From Adineta steineri (taxonomy: Eukaryota), in NCBI GenBank assembly GCA_905250115.1, contig CAJNOI010000031.1:1-46143 (forward strand): a stretch of 46,143 bases of DNA, given 5' to 3'. Below, one piece after another: positions 1 to 15,548 of the stretch. The translations under genes were made by a program, and so were the position numbers. Position 1 is the stretch's first letter, and each line of letters starts with the position of its first letter. The notes beneath the pieces were generated by a model. It saw nothing but the letters and a program-made list of their open reading frames with translations. It was not told the DNA's origin and made no database searches.

Positions 1-1344
1 ATGATTCTGTACAACGAAGAATAAGACCTTCATCTTCTTCAAGAACATATACATCTTGAATACCTTTTGCTAATCGTTCACCGGGCTGAAGAAAGAATGT
101 TTTTTCTCCCTTTAAAAAAAATTAATTTTCCATAAAAAAACAAATTTTAAACGTTTCATACTTGAACAAGTTTTTTCTTTCCAAGTTGAGGTTTACCATC
201 AGAATCAACTGGATCAAGAATAACACAGTATTGACGAGAATTTAATACTGTTACTGATACAACACCAACAACCTATATATTCATTTTATATTTATCTTTC
301 TGTTTAAAACAAAAAAATTAATTCTACCTCTTCATAAACATCAGGAATATATGTTTCAGCATCACTAGCATAGACTAACCATTCTTCACCATGAAGATGT
401 TTACGTTTAACTGAATCAGTAAATGTTCGTAAAGCACGAACATGAAGAGCTTTCTAAAGAAAATAATAATAAATCGTACAATGATCAAAACGATAAACAC
501 ATACTTTGTCAGTGAGCACATAAGCTTTAACTGTTGAAACAACTTCTTCATAGGCTAATGGTAAATAAGAACCAACGGTTCGGTTAAGCCATTCTTCGCC
601 TGTTTCTCGTTCAACACCATCTCGATCTGTCATTTCTTTTTTAGCACGTAAACGAACAGCTTCATTTGGTTTAAGAATAACAGCTTTGATTTGTTCTTCA
701 ACGCTAACTTCTTTACGTGGAAAATAAGTTCCTAAGAATAAATTTGAATTTTAGTTTTTAGATTAAAATATGTAACTAATATTTCTACCTGGTCCATGAA
801 AAAGAAATTCATCTCCAGCACGAATTTGTTGACCTTGATCATCAATAAAATCCAAAACAGCACGAAGACGTAATGCACAATTAGGTTCAATAACTTTTAA
901 TGGTGTTATAGTTTGTTTAAGTATTTCACCAGGATAAAGTGAAAATGGTTCTTGAGCAAAACGTATATCAACATCTGAATGTAATAATTTAACTTGACCA
1001 TTCGAATCCAGAATTACTTTGCCATTTTTATCACGAACAGCTGGATTTTCAATAACACAATAATGACGTGGTCTAGAGATTTATATAAAATAAATATATA
1101 TGAAGAAATATAATTTATAAACATACGGAATGATTAACATGCGCTCTGGGCCAAGTAAAACTTTTTCATGATCTTGTCTTACAAATGTTTTTGGACCAAC
1201 TTCAAGTCGAGTTACATTCGTATTTTGATCCAGTACATGAATATAATAAAAAGGTGCAATTCGATAAACTAAAATTAAAATAATATTCAATAAGAATAAG
1301 AAATTAATTTTCTTATTACCATTCATATGCTTTGCATCGGTCAT
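1..1344 (-). CDS. MVP: Major vault protein (MVP), N-terminal part; the gene continues past the left window edge. Proposed exons (minus strand): 1320..1344, 1127..1268, 789..1072, 505..731, 328..453, 162..272, 1..109
   Basis: The spliced translation is MTDAKHMN-(V)[53 protein letters not shown]...[57 protein letters not shown]...[43 protein letters not shown]...[69 protein letters not shown]. This is colinear with the vertebrate MVP N-terminus ([34 protein letters not shown]...; the vault repeat pattern RLRA..F.D..G..R.AGEEWL). All junctions are GT-AG and exon phases are consistent. Confidence 0.9.
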
Positions 1345-2113
1345 TTTTACTCTTGAAGACTAATGTAAGTCTGAATGAAAATGAAAAATACAAGGCCTTT
1401 TATGTATGAGAAAGAATGTCGCCATAATTAGAATATGTTGTGTATGTGAAGAAAGGAAAAAAAAGTTTTTCAATAAAGTTGTGAAATCACAAAAGAAGAG
1501 CATTGCACGACTAAGTCATAATTATGTGAAATTCAACGATATAGACTGTAGTTGATTCATTTTTCACAGTAAAAAAAATATTTATAGAACACATGTAGAT
1601 GACAATGAATACGATAAGAAAGCAAACAATTTAGATTAATATTTGTAATTTCAATCACAGTGAGAAATAAAAGGTATACTTTTTTTCATTCTATTGTGAA
1701 ATTTCAAGTGACACCAACTCAAATTTCGTAAATATAACACATATAGTTCATTGGATGTCGCTATCCGATATTTAATTACGCTATGCAACTTGATATAGAA
1801 AAATTTCAATTCAAGTGATGTACCTTCTAAATTGTATATGACTAAATACAAAATATACTATCAATGTCTTGGAAATTCAACAATTTTGTTTATATTTATA
1901 AATAAAAGTTTATTTAACAATCTTTTCAACAAATTGTATTATACATTTCGTAATATTTTTATTAATCTCTGCATTCGACAGATAATTAATTCAAATATAT
2001 ATACGAAAAAAGCAACTGAAAAATTCGAAGAAAAAATAATAAATATTGTTATAATACAACTCGTTGTGTACTGTTATATCAATTGAGATAATAATTATAT
2101 TTAACCTAATTAT

Positions 2114-4252
<2,139 letters not shown>

Positions 4253-7200
4253 TAGTATTGTTAATTCCGTCGAATAATCATATGGATATTTTTATAAAAT
4301 ATTTTCGAAGATAAAACAATTATTGTTTATCATAAACTGACATGTATACCGAAGAATATGAGATAAAATAGTGCCCGTCCTTGTTTAATACGATACTTTC
4401 ATGTATATTATTATATTATACAGACTATAAAATTGATTCTATTGGTTCTTAAATATGATCTATCATTTGAAACAAGATAGATGGAGTTCGTTATTTATAC
4501 TATTATGATAAATATATAAAATATTAGTATATATTTTACTTATTTTTGATTAAAATTATATATTCAATCGATAGAAAACTGTTTATATCAATTAGCAAAG
4601 TAGAAAAATGTGATATTCGTCAGAAAGCATATTATAAAAAAGGATAAATACAACAGAATTTTTGTTAACTAAATTTATATAAAGAAATAAATATAAACTC
4701 GATACTATTCTAACAAAGTCGCTTGTTGAAATAAGGATATCAATGCTATTCGATATTTTCAAATAGTTGTAATTATTGTAGTATTGAATAAAGTTTCCTT
4801 CTATTCCAAATGCATCTCGTACTAATTTGATAGATAATAATTTAATTTCGAAATAATTAAGCAGATCGTTTCCTCCCACATCATTCATATTAATCTAATA
4901 ATAAACTCAAATTAGAAATTTGAGGACGTATAGGAATCATTTTCACACGATATATGGTACCTAGAAGTTGCCTTTCGTATGTACATTTTACTGTTTTTCT
5001 CGATAATGATGAGAAAAATGAATTCCTTTTTAAGTATTCTTTATGTTAAGTGTGGTTTGAATTATTTCATATAGTAATAAGTAAAAATTCAAGAGATCAG
5101 CAAAGTATCATATAGAAAATTTGGTAAGATTTACGTTATTTTTACATTTAGTCCTTAAACGACGTTGTATTATCAAGATTGTCACGTCATACAGTGTGGG
5201 TTGCGAATAATAATAGAAAAACACGAACAAACGCATGACTACCGTATGAGTACATTACTTTAATGAGAACGCGATATAACAACCTTTATTATCATAAGAC
5301 CATCATAAAGTCTTGTCAACATCTTATCAAAGGATAATACTAATTCGATGTTTAATTATATCTGACTAATTTATATTCTATCATAGATTGTTTTCTCAGC
5401 TGTAAAATGGTTGCTAAGAGAGAATAATATCTAACTTTTCTTGTTATCTTCTTTAATATCTGATGTATCTGTGTACCTGTTTGTACTCAGTTTATTGGTC
5501 GGATGTTTATCTTTCTTTCTTTATAGCTTGTTAGACGTGCACAATAATTTTGGACACAGAATGCTACACAATATTTGGTGTAATGTGAGATAAAAACATC
5601 AACATTAACCTACATGTCTGTTCTATGGTCTTCTATGTGAGCAACCTTTGTTTACAAATAATAAATTGATAAGATTCCCTAAGAACTTCATGATCATTAT
5701 CCCGATCAGTCTTTTACACTCAAGTTCAATCAGTTGATCAAAACGAATGAATCAATACGAAACAAGATATTCTGAAATGTAAAACAAATCAAAGTTCACA
5801 AAAATTTATTTCTTTTATTAAACAATTTGTAAATAAATGAACACAAGTATAGAAGACTGGAGAACAGTTTACATACATTCAATGTCGAAATTTTTTGATT
5901 TTCTATTCTAAAGATCATTGTGATAAAAAAAACGACAGTTTTAGGTAGTCACAGCTGTTACAGGGGGAAGGAAAGAGAAACGGAAGGAAGCTAAAATTAT
6001 CAATATCTGGATTCACGACGATAGAAGGTGCTTCACATCCTACTTCTTTCGATTTACTTTAAATAGACGATGGTAAGATAAGATTATATAGTACTTTTTG
6101 ATTCAAGTGAAATTCATTCCTATCGGTATTGTTTGTATTTTATAGTCATAATTAGAATTTTTAATTAGTAGTTCGTTCATCGAATTGTATAACATTAACC
6201 TTAACTTTGCTAAAAAAAATTAAAAATGTCTACACGCTAAGAATAAAGGTTGTTATTAGTAGAAAAAGATTATTCAGTAGAATTGTCGATGTGCTAAGAA
6301 AGATCAAAATAGTAGAAAGTAAAGACTTCTATATAGGCTATACTTATCTGACAAAGAGATGTCCTATGTAAAGAAGAACGTGACAAGCATGAGCGAAATA
6401 GAGTAAATCCTAGACACGCATCTAGAAATTATGTCTAGCGGAGATCAACTATTTTAGGAGGAGGATTACTGACTAGAAAAACTGTTTCTTCGGTTTGTAA
6501 CATTTGATAAATCCGTACTCCCCTCCAGGCATCTGTATTGTTCAGAAGGGGACCGGCCCTCTAATCCTCCCTTTGGGTTTGTTACTGGTAAATCCGACAG
6601 CCTATTTTTATTTTATTTTTTTTCATCACAACAGAATTTTTCTTAGAATGTGTGGTCTGTTTTTTTCTATATGGTAATTTAATTGTTTCAAACATTAGAA
6701 CTATTGTAAGTCCATATAATCTAATAGTTTTTATATTCATTTATAAAATACATCAATATACTGAATTTTATTTTGATGTATAATTCAATTATCAATTGAA
6801 TTGTTCTTCTAGAATTTGAGAAAGATACTTTAAGTATTCATCATATATCTGCAATCAAATAACTAATAAATACAAGTTGATTTATGAATGACGTAAAATA
6901 AATATTTCTCCAGAGTACATCTAATAAAGACAAGAAATTTTTCTTTTAATCAGATGAATAAATTTAAGACAATATGATCTACATTGTAGTCAGTCTCAAA
7001 CGTCTAAGAATAGAAAAATTGTATGTGAAATATTCGCATAGTGCATGTATAGTTTAACCAGATTTCTCTCCGTGACCATCTGGATTTTATCGTTTCTTAA
7101 GATATTTTTATATTCATTTGTATGCCTTTTTTAGTAATGTTTTTCTTTTATTAAGCAGAACACTGATTCAGATTGATAGATTTATTATTCCTTATAGAAG

Positions 7201-10200
7201 CTTTTACCTACAGTCATTGAGTTTATCTCTATTCATATGAATGTATTATTAGGTGAATTAATCCTTCTTCGTATCTATTTATAAAAAAATAGAAGATTTT
7301 GCTTGTGTTTATTCTTGTGAATCTAATCAAAATCGAAGTAAGATAGTCTGAGAGCAAAATGAATGACATTTTGTCTACTATATTTACAAAAATAACTTCA
7401 TATTTCACACTCAGTAAACAGAGTTCAATATGTTAAGAAAACAACAGTGTATATTAAATTTATAGATTATAAACATTTGAATGATTTTATTTGTTCTCGT
7501 AAAAACAACTAATTGAAAAGAGTACTTTATATTTGCGTTATTTCTACAAAATCCCTAGAAATACTAAAATGACAATTAAGGACATGTATTACATTAACTT
7601 ATTTATAGCTAATGAGATAAAATTGATTGTATTAAAAAAATGATTCTGACGTAAATAAGATTTATTTGCAAAACTTAAGTATATATCAAAAATATCATAA
7701 GTACAATAGTATTTTCTTAACAAAGTTAATTATGAAATGTACTTTCATATATATATGTCACATGCCATTTATTACTCAATGTAAACACGAAATACATTAT
7801 ATGATGCGCAGTACTTAAACAGCGTGATTTTAAAATAATTTCATAAGAGTTTTGTTCATCTGAATTATAACATGATATAGATATATTTCTATTAAAAGAA
7901 GCCTGGTATGTGGTTAGAACGCCATTATATCTAGTTTTTTTCTTGTTCTAGAATTCTATACTTTGAAAAATGTTGTAAAAGAACACTATTAATCATAATA
8001 TGTATATTTAGAAAGATATCAGCGAGTTACTAAGTCCAAATGTGAATCCATTAGTTATAATCTGTAAAAAAAAACCTTCACTTTGAGTACGAAAGTTCAG
8101 TTCTTTTTTTTGCTGCTCGGTATTATTTACAAAGAGATTTAGATATAATGATAATATTATGTTTATAATTATAGCTATTACATGTCTCTGTGGCTTGCGG
8201 ATCACTATAAGGAAATACATCTGAGAACTTTTTTCAGCTGTTTAATTAAAAAACAGGATTTTTTTTCTTGATGACTCCCTCCATGTAGAACAAATTATAG
8301 TGAAATGATTGATGGATAGTTTATCATATGCTTTGACAGAATCTGTCATATTGAATTTTCGTTTGTTATAGTGAAATTTACAGAAACCAGAGTAAGATAT
8401 GTGCAGTGTCAAATAGTCGATCGTAAAGTTTTGAAGTACATTAATAATAGAGAGAAAAACAAAATAGCTGTAGAACTGATTAATGTTATTATCTTGACAT
8501 CAATAAAAATTATTATTAGAAATATATGTCTTCTTGATTATTAAAAAGTTTATTTGTATTAAATCAAGAAAGGTTTCTCAAAACACAGAACCTATAGACG
8601 TTATCGTTTTCTCTCGAGAAATAAGTGACAGATAAAGACTTCTTTTCTTCTATCATATAACTAGAAATCAATTATTGGAAAGAGATAAGGAAATCATTTG
8701 TACGAGTCATTGAGTAAATTAGTATGATGCATAGAAATAAATATTCTAGAAGAACTGAACTTGAGCTCTTTGTAAAGAAACCTGACTAAGAAATGTTATG
8801 AATTTGAAGACCTCTGCTTTTTGTAATCGAGCATTTTATTCCGAGTCGTAGAAGAGATATCAAAAACATAAGTGCATACATCCGGTTTTGTCATTTTGTC
8901 AGGCACAGATTGTTTTTCAAAATATTCTCCCATCATTATTAAAAAATGTAATCTTTTCCTTCCTACTATTTAATAGAGGAAAATATGCTTTGAAGTATCG
9001 TAGTCATTAAAAACAACTATATAGAAGAAATCTACGCATTATGCAAGGAATAAATTTCAAAAGCGTAAAAGATGTAATGCACTTAAAAGCTTTTTCTTTT
9101 TAAAAATACTTTATAAATAATGTTTCTTGTCAATACGAAGATTCATTTTGTTGACAATACACAGAGTTTAATTAAATGATTTAGTTTTATTACTGGTTTA
9201 TGTTCGGAAATAAAATTAGAAGATTTTGACAGATTTATTTTTCTGGTTTGTTTATTTTTGTACGAGTAATCAAAAGAACATTTAATTGAATTAAGTGTTG
9301 TCAAAAAAAAATATTCTTTTCTATATATTTTTCTCTATTATTATAATGAATTTCGATCGAAGAATATTAACCTATACATTTTTTGTAGTTAGAACAAAAA
9401 CAGAAGAACGTTGTTATATATCGTTTACATTACATTAGAAAGGCGTTATTAAAAGATTTGGAAATTAATATTTCTTTTGCGTATATCAATGCTCCTACTA
9501 TTGTATATTTACTATTAAAAACATTTCTTAAGGTTAGTTTTCGTTCTAATTTTGTTGTATTATGAGATACTTTTACAAGGTCTTTTTGTTATGGAAATGT
9601 GAACTTATTTCATATAATTTAACCAGTATTATCATAGCGTTGTTTATAATTTATAGTTAAAGACGCAATATATATCTATTAAAAATACCAGACAGATTAT
9701 AATATAGTATATAATGATAGGAAAGTATGAGAAGAATGAATGCATTGGAATCTTATTTTGTTGAAGATACATGCACTACAGTACGTGTTTATTTAGTAGT
9801 ACGATATACAGATATCCGCATTTTATACATGATAACTAATTTTACAAATTTTAATTTATGAATAAAATGTTAAAATTATACAATAGAAAGCGATCTATTG
9901 TTTAGTCTTGTCATTTAACATAATCTTATTATTTTTGAGTAGTAGACTTCAGATATAAATATTTGGTTAATAATGATGTATTACTAAATTAATATTGAAT
10001 ATCAGGATATAGATAGATATATGAATGTTTTCTTGTCCTTATTTAGGCGCATATTCTGAGACGGATGCTCTTTTAACCTTTGTCGTCTGTAATAGACAGC
10101 TTCCCCCAGTTAGTAAAAACAACCTAAATATATCCTTCGATTAGTTCATGTGAGTAAGCATACTCTATAATGTTCGATAAAAAGAAATCTTATAAATAAG

Positions 10201-11010
10201 TATTACCTTTTAGAATGAAATAGTGTGATAAGTACTAATAAATCAATTATAGCTCTCTAGTCTTTTATGTATGTTAAAAATAGCGTAGCTAAGTGTTTCA
10301 AGGCATTTTTTAAAATTACAAAGAGAAAATTATAATAAATCATGGTGAGAAAGAAAATCTTAACTATTTTCTAGGCATAAATTTTATATAAGAATTGCGA
10401 TCTGTAATATGAAGATTTATATTTTCTTTATCGATCAAATATCCATTTGTTATTTTTTCCTTTACGAAATCAGTAGGATTTAAATCTCCCTCTAGAAAAA
10501 TATCTTATTTAGAGTCTTTATCTCCTACGTCTATCAAGGACCATTATTATCAATAATTACAGTCATCAGTAATCTGATAGATAGACATTAATGGTAGGTG
10601 TTGATGTAAAAAAAGAAATTCTTTATTCTTTTCTACTCCCGGTACAGTCAACCTCTTAATGATAATAAAAAATTATGTAATCATTTTAGAAATTAAAATG
10701 ATAAAATGAATAAAGTCTAGATGTAAAAAAATAATGTATTCTTTTTCATTATTAAATCAATGCTGTAGGTTAATAAGAGGATCTAAATAAGCTGTATAAT
10801 ATCGTTTGTGACGCACATTCTACTTAATATAAGTCTATATTTTAATTTTAAAATGAGTCTCGCAACTTATTTCCTTTTGATAATAAGTAGGTTGATAGAA
10901 AAGAAATTAAAAAAAACGTTTTTAAATGGAAAACTAAATGTTATATGATGATAATATTTTATTCTATATAAATTTCTTTTTATTATTTCAGATTTTGTCG
11001 TTTTTTAACT

Positions 11011-12189
11011 ATGATTTCACCAACAAATTCTTCAATAAGTGACTTAGTCAATCCATCAATTCGACATTCAATGACTAATTTGGAATTTTTTTTCAAACAT
11101 ATTTATTTATTATTACTTGTAATTGTTGGTTGTATTGGAAATATATTTGTTATTATTATTTTTGGTCAAAAAGCAGTCCGTACAACGGTACGATGTGCTG
11201 GTTCAAGCATGTCAGTTTATCCATTTTTATTTTATATGGCTATATCAGATACAATGTATTTAATAATATTATTTTGTTTATGGTTATCAAATTATATAAA
11301 TGTTTTACATCGTCCTGGTATTTGTCAACTTACATTATATTTAACATATGTATGCAATTTTATAAATGCTTATTATACAATAGCATTTACTGCTCAACGT
11401 TTATTTGCTGTTATTAATCCATTTCGAGTATCACATTTTCTTTCATGGTATCGTTCACGATGTATAGCATTATCAATAATAATATTTGCTTGTTTATTAT
11501 ATTCATATTTACCAATATTAATTGGAATTGTCGATGGAAAATGTTATTCTCGTCCACAATTTCGCTGGATTAATAAATATATGGATATAATTGATAGTAT
11601 CATTGTTTTTTTAATACCATATATTGTTATAATAACAATGAATACAATAATTCTTATATCATTACGTCGTATGAAACAAAATCGTCATGAATTATTATTT
11701 CAAAATCATTCACAACTAAATTCAATACGTGAAATGACACGTCGTAATGCATCTCGTAAAATGACAAAACTTTTATTAACTGTTTCGACATCATATTTAA
11801 TTATATGTGCACCTTATGCATGTATACACACATGGCGTTTAATAAATGATCATGGAGAAGAAAGCAAAAGTCCTCAATTAATAAAAAAATTAGAATATTA
11901 TTCACATTTTATATATCATTTATCATTTGCAATGAATTTTTATATTTATATTGTATTTGGTTCAAAATTTCGTCGAGAATTAAAACGTGTACTGACAAAA
12001 TCGAAACAAAATATATATCGTTATTTTCATGAACGAAAAGATTTTGACAATGATAATCAATTAGAATTAGAATTAACAGAAAAAAATTCTACGATGACAA
12101 TTGAATATACATTTAATACAAATATAAACAATATTAATAATAAACATAACATATTAAGAAACTATTTTTGTTGTCATTTTAATATGTAG
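11011..12189 (+). CDS. Intronless rhodopsin-like (class A) orphan GPCR
   Basis: A single 392-aa ORF with seven hydrophobic segments: TM1 IYLLLLVIVGCIGNIFVIIIF, TM2 FLFYMAISDTMYLIILFCLWL, TM3 ending in a DRY-position variant (FTAQRLFAV), TM6 KLLLTVSTSYLIICAPY, TM7 with an NPxxY-like NFYIY followed by FGSKFRREL (helix 8). It has an N-glycosylation-type N-terminus (NSS). Confidence 0.7.
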   Translation: MISPTNSSISDLVNPSIRHSMTNLEFFFKHIYLLLLVIVGCIGNIFVIIIFGQKAVRTTVRCAGSSMSVYPFLFYMAISDTMYLIILFCLWLSNYINVLHRPGICQLTLYLTYVCNFINAYYTIAFTAQRLFAVINPFRVSHFLSWYRSRCIALSIIIFACLLYSYLPILIGIVDGKCYSRPQFRWINKYMDIIDSIIVFLIPYIVIITMNTIILISLRRMKQNRHELLFQNHSQLNSIREMTRRNASRKMTKLLLTVSTSYLIICAPYACIHTWRLINDHGEESKSPQLIKKLEYYSHFIYHLSFAMNFYIYIVFGSKFRRELKRVLTKSKQNIYRYFHERKDFDNDNQLELELTEKNSTMTIEYTFNTNINNINNKHNILRNYFCCHFNM

Positions 12190-12425
12190 ATTGTAAAGAG
12201 AAAAGAAAAAAATGAATGTATTAATAAATTATATTCTTTTAAGAGTGGTTATCTTTTATTTTATGTATATATATATATATCTTTAAACGAAAAAAATTCT
12301 TATCATACATTATTTATTCTATCTTACTTGAGACATTGTGTATAAGTTCTCTATAGATTTCTTTTTCTTTACATTACATCTATAGAAATTTCGTTCGTGT
12401 CTATAGCAAGTTATCAAATAAAAAA

Positions 12426-13909
12426 ATGTCAGGAGTAACAACAACAATCACACCAACTGGTTTGATATAATATATATATATATGTTCGATAAAGATCTGA
12501 AGATTTTTATTTTTTTTTGTTAGGAACACAACAGAATAAATTTGAAGGTGATGGAGTTCCGTTCAAAGGCAAACTTATTGGTATGAAAATTGAAAGAAAA
12601 ATAGATTCATTATCTTCCCTTTCTTTCTTATTTTATAAAATAAAGGAATGGAAGATGTACCAGTTGATCGTGATGAAAAAGCATGTCTTGATTCATTGTT
12701 TAAATTAAAAGCTGTTGCAAATGCTCGCAAAGAACATAAACAAAAACTTCAATTGAATTTAACTATGGCCGGAATTAAAGTTTATGATGATACAACAAAA
12801 GTAAGAAGGAAAACAAAGTCTATTTAAATTATTTATTATATTATTAATTAGGTTATAATTGCTTCTCATGAAGTTGAACGTATATCATTTGTTGTTATGG
12901 ATCCACGTGATCAACGTGCCTTTGGTTATATTTATAATACGAGTGATGATCGTCATCAATTTTGGGCTATTAAAACTGAACGAACAGCAGCAACAACTGT
13001 ATATGCACTTAAGGAACTTTTTGAAATAGCCTTTGAACAATTTACTAATGCTGAAAAAGCAAATCAAACGACATCTGCGCCAGTATCACCTGCAGACGTA
13101 ACTGTTTCAATACAGGTTAGGATCAATAAAATCTAAATTTATTTGTAAGTTTTTTTTCTTCTTCTAGCAAACACCTTCACAATCTACTCCTGTTCCTACA
13201 CCACAACCATCACTACAACCTCCACCACCACCGATACCTCAACGAACAGAGCCTGCAGCTGTAGGTCAAACATTTCTTTATTTTTATTTTTAATAAATTT
13301 TATTTTCTAGGCATCTCTTCTTGGTGATATCTGGGGAGACAGTCCAACAGTAACGTTGCCTCAACCACCAATACAAACAATTCAACAACCACCGATACAA
13401 ACAGTTCAACAACCTCCAACACAAACAGTTCAACAACAATCAATACCTGAGCTCGATTTGTGGGGTAATAATGAACCTGCTGTACCTGTTCAACAACCAG
13501 CACCACGTGTTGAAGATGTAAGTTTCTTTCTTCTAAATGATTTTACTAATTCATAAAAAGAAGAAAATTTACTAATACTAATTAATACTATTTTCAGCCT
13601 CTTGGTGATATGTTTGGTTTACCTGGATCACCATCACAACCACCACCGCCACCAGCACGTCCAACACCTCAACAACCAACATCTACTACTGGTACTAATG
13701 ATTTCTTGTCAATGTTTGCTCCTGCTCAACCAACACCAAATGTGAATACCAATATGTTTGCGCAATCAGTTCAACAAACACCTTTTATTCCTCAACAACA
13801 GCAACAACAACAACAAAATTTTATGAATCCAACACCTATCATGCCTGTGTCTCCACCAACTGTAACAAATTCAACTAGTGGCTTTGATTTACTTGGAGAC
13901 TTTTCATAA
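12426..13909 (+). CDS. Disabled (Dab1/Dab2-like) PTB-domain adaptor. Exons 12426..12459, 12524..12580, 12646..12800, 12852..13115, 13168..13260, 13311..13517, 13598..13909
   Basis: Spliced product: MSGVTTTITPTGTQQNKFEGDGVPFKGKLIGMEDVPVDRDEKACLDSLFKLKAVANARKEHKQKLQLNLTMAGIKVYDDTTKVIIASHEVERISFVVMDPRDQRAFGYIYNTSDDRHQFWAIKTERTAATTVYALKELFEIAFEQF... This matches the Dab PTB domain (FKGDGVRYKAKLIGIDEV..DKLCQDSMMKLKG...HKQKIFL..GIKIFDEKTG...[21 protein letters not shown]...HRFVAIKTAQAAEPV). It is followed by a Pro/Gln-rich low-complexity tail (PPIQTIQQPPIQTVQQPP, Q8 run). Seven exons, all GT-AG, with consistent phases. Confidence 0.85.
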
Positions 13910-15548
13910 TTCATAGCAAAAAAACTAATTCTTTTTCCATCATCATCATTAGCTTGATCAATTCAATGAATACTACAGAGAGTTAATACATATAATCAGA
14001 TATATTCTGATTGTAATGTCATGTTTTTTTTATTACTATTTTAGCTTTAAAACATAAATATTAATTATGCAACAAGTTTATTTTCTATTATTAATTTTAT
14101 ATGTAAAAAGAACATGTTTTTTGTTGTGATGATTGCTTTATATTCACGATCGTTTAATATTAATGATTTTCATAATGTGTATAAATAGTTAAACTCTAAA
14201 CAACAATTTAACATATTATTTTTTTAGAAATCTATAATTTACTTTCTTACTATATTGACAATGTGAATATGTAATTAACAGTTCCCGATATAACTGTGTT
14301 TAGTGTGAGAAGTACTCAATGACTATTCTTTCAATCTCATAAGAACATATTTGCATTCTCAGAAAGTCTGGAATGTAACATTGAAGTTTTTTTCATTTGA
14401 TTAGAGATGATTTGTGAATTATCTATCTTGTATATGTAGAAAAGAACATTTAATAAACGTCTGGAAATGTATTTCTTTTAAAAATACTATTAAGTCTATA
14501 TGATTTTTTTCTAATATCCAGAATGCTAATTTCCAACAACAATATGTAAATATTTATAATGATACTTCTGTAGTCAACGATAACAGAAGCCGACAGTTAC
14601 CTAAACTATTTCTTTTTACTACATCTCAAATGTTATCTATACTAAAGATAAGAAAATCGAAGAATGTGATGATATTTTTTTCATTGTACTTTTTGCATAA
14701 ACAAGTTATTTTTTTCATACAAATCTAATATAATGATTATTCACGATATTATTTTCTCGAAATTAATGAGTAAAAAAATAATTTCTATGTTAAAATTAAG
14801 TGTGGGTGAAAACCTATAACAATAAAATAATGTAATTAAATAAATGCATAAATATCTAATTGTCGCTTGACATGTATTCGTTCTTGAGAGGAAGCTTTAC
14901 ATATACCAACACAGCGCTATGCGAGTAAAAAAAACAGGGCAACGTATCGTAATATGGGTATAGGATGTAATGCTTTCATACGACCTTCTATTACTCGATG
15001 ATTCATGAATATGTACAGAAGAAAAAGAAATGAATAAACGCCGTATTGCATAGAACAGAATACTAAAAAGCATAACTCCTTTTTTATACGATAGTAATTG
15101 GTCGAAATAAAAGTATACATGTCAAAGAAAAACAAAATAACCGAATAAATTCTTCTATTTTCAAAAGTTTATTCAACACATGTCAAAAATAAAGTATGTT
15201 GATATGAATCGAATTTTACAACTATCAGTAATATAGGAAAAACAAGTATGTGATCATGCATGATTAGTTTTAGTCAATACAACCCACAACATATTGACAG
15301 AGACATAGTCAATGTATATAAATACTTATTTTTTTTTCTTACAGTCAGTCAAAAAAATTATGTATTCGCCTACATTTTTTTCTTCTGTTGTTTTTTCCCC
15401 ATAATGAAGCAAAATAGATTTTAGTGTGACATAATTTATCTACACGTATAAGTTTTAATTTTTGACAAAATTCATTGTAATACTAAATACATAGATAGAA
15501 TCATGATTGCTTAATTATTTTTTAGATAATGACCTACATCTAAACAAC

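Noticed and set aside
4592-4888. 98-aa minus-strand ORF in the AT-rich gene-free region
   Set aside because: It is low-complexity and Asn/Ile/Leu/Tyr-rich, as expected from AT-rich DNA. It has no splice context, no homology and no hydrophobic or domain pattern.
8008-8220. 70-aa minus-strand ORF
   Set aside because: Same reasoning as the ORF at 4592..4888: composition-driven, isolated and without similarity.
11130-11417. 95-aa ORF in an alternative frame inside the intronless GPCR
   Set aside because: It is nested in the +1 frame of a 392-aa ORF that has a clear 7TM pattern. It is an alternative-frame artefact.
13300-13506. 68-aa minus-strand ORF
   Set aside because: It is antisense to the Pro/Gln-rich repeat region of the Dab gene. 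It reflects the repeat (VVELFV repeats) rather than a gene.
14917-15135. 72-aa minus-strand ORF between Dab and the ACE-like gene
   Set aside because: It is isolated, has no homology, and its codon composition reflects AT-rich intergenic DNA.
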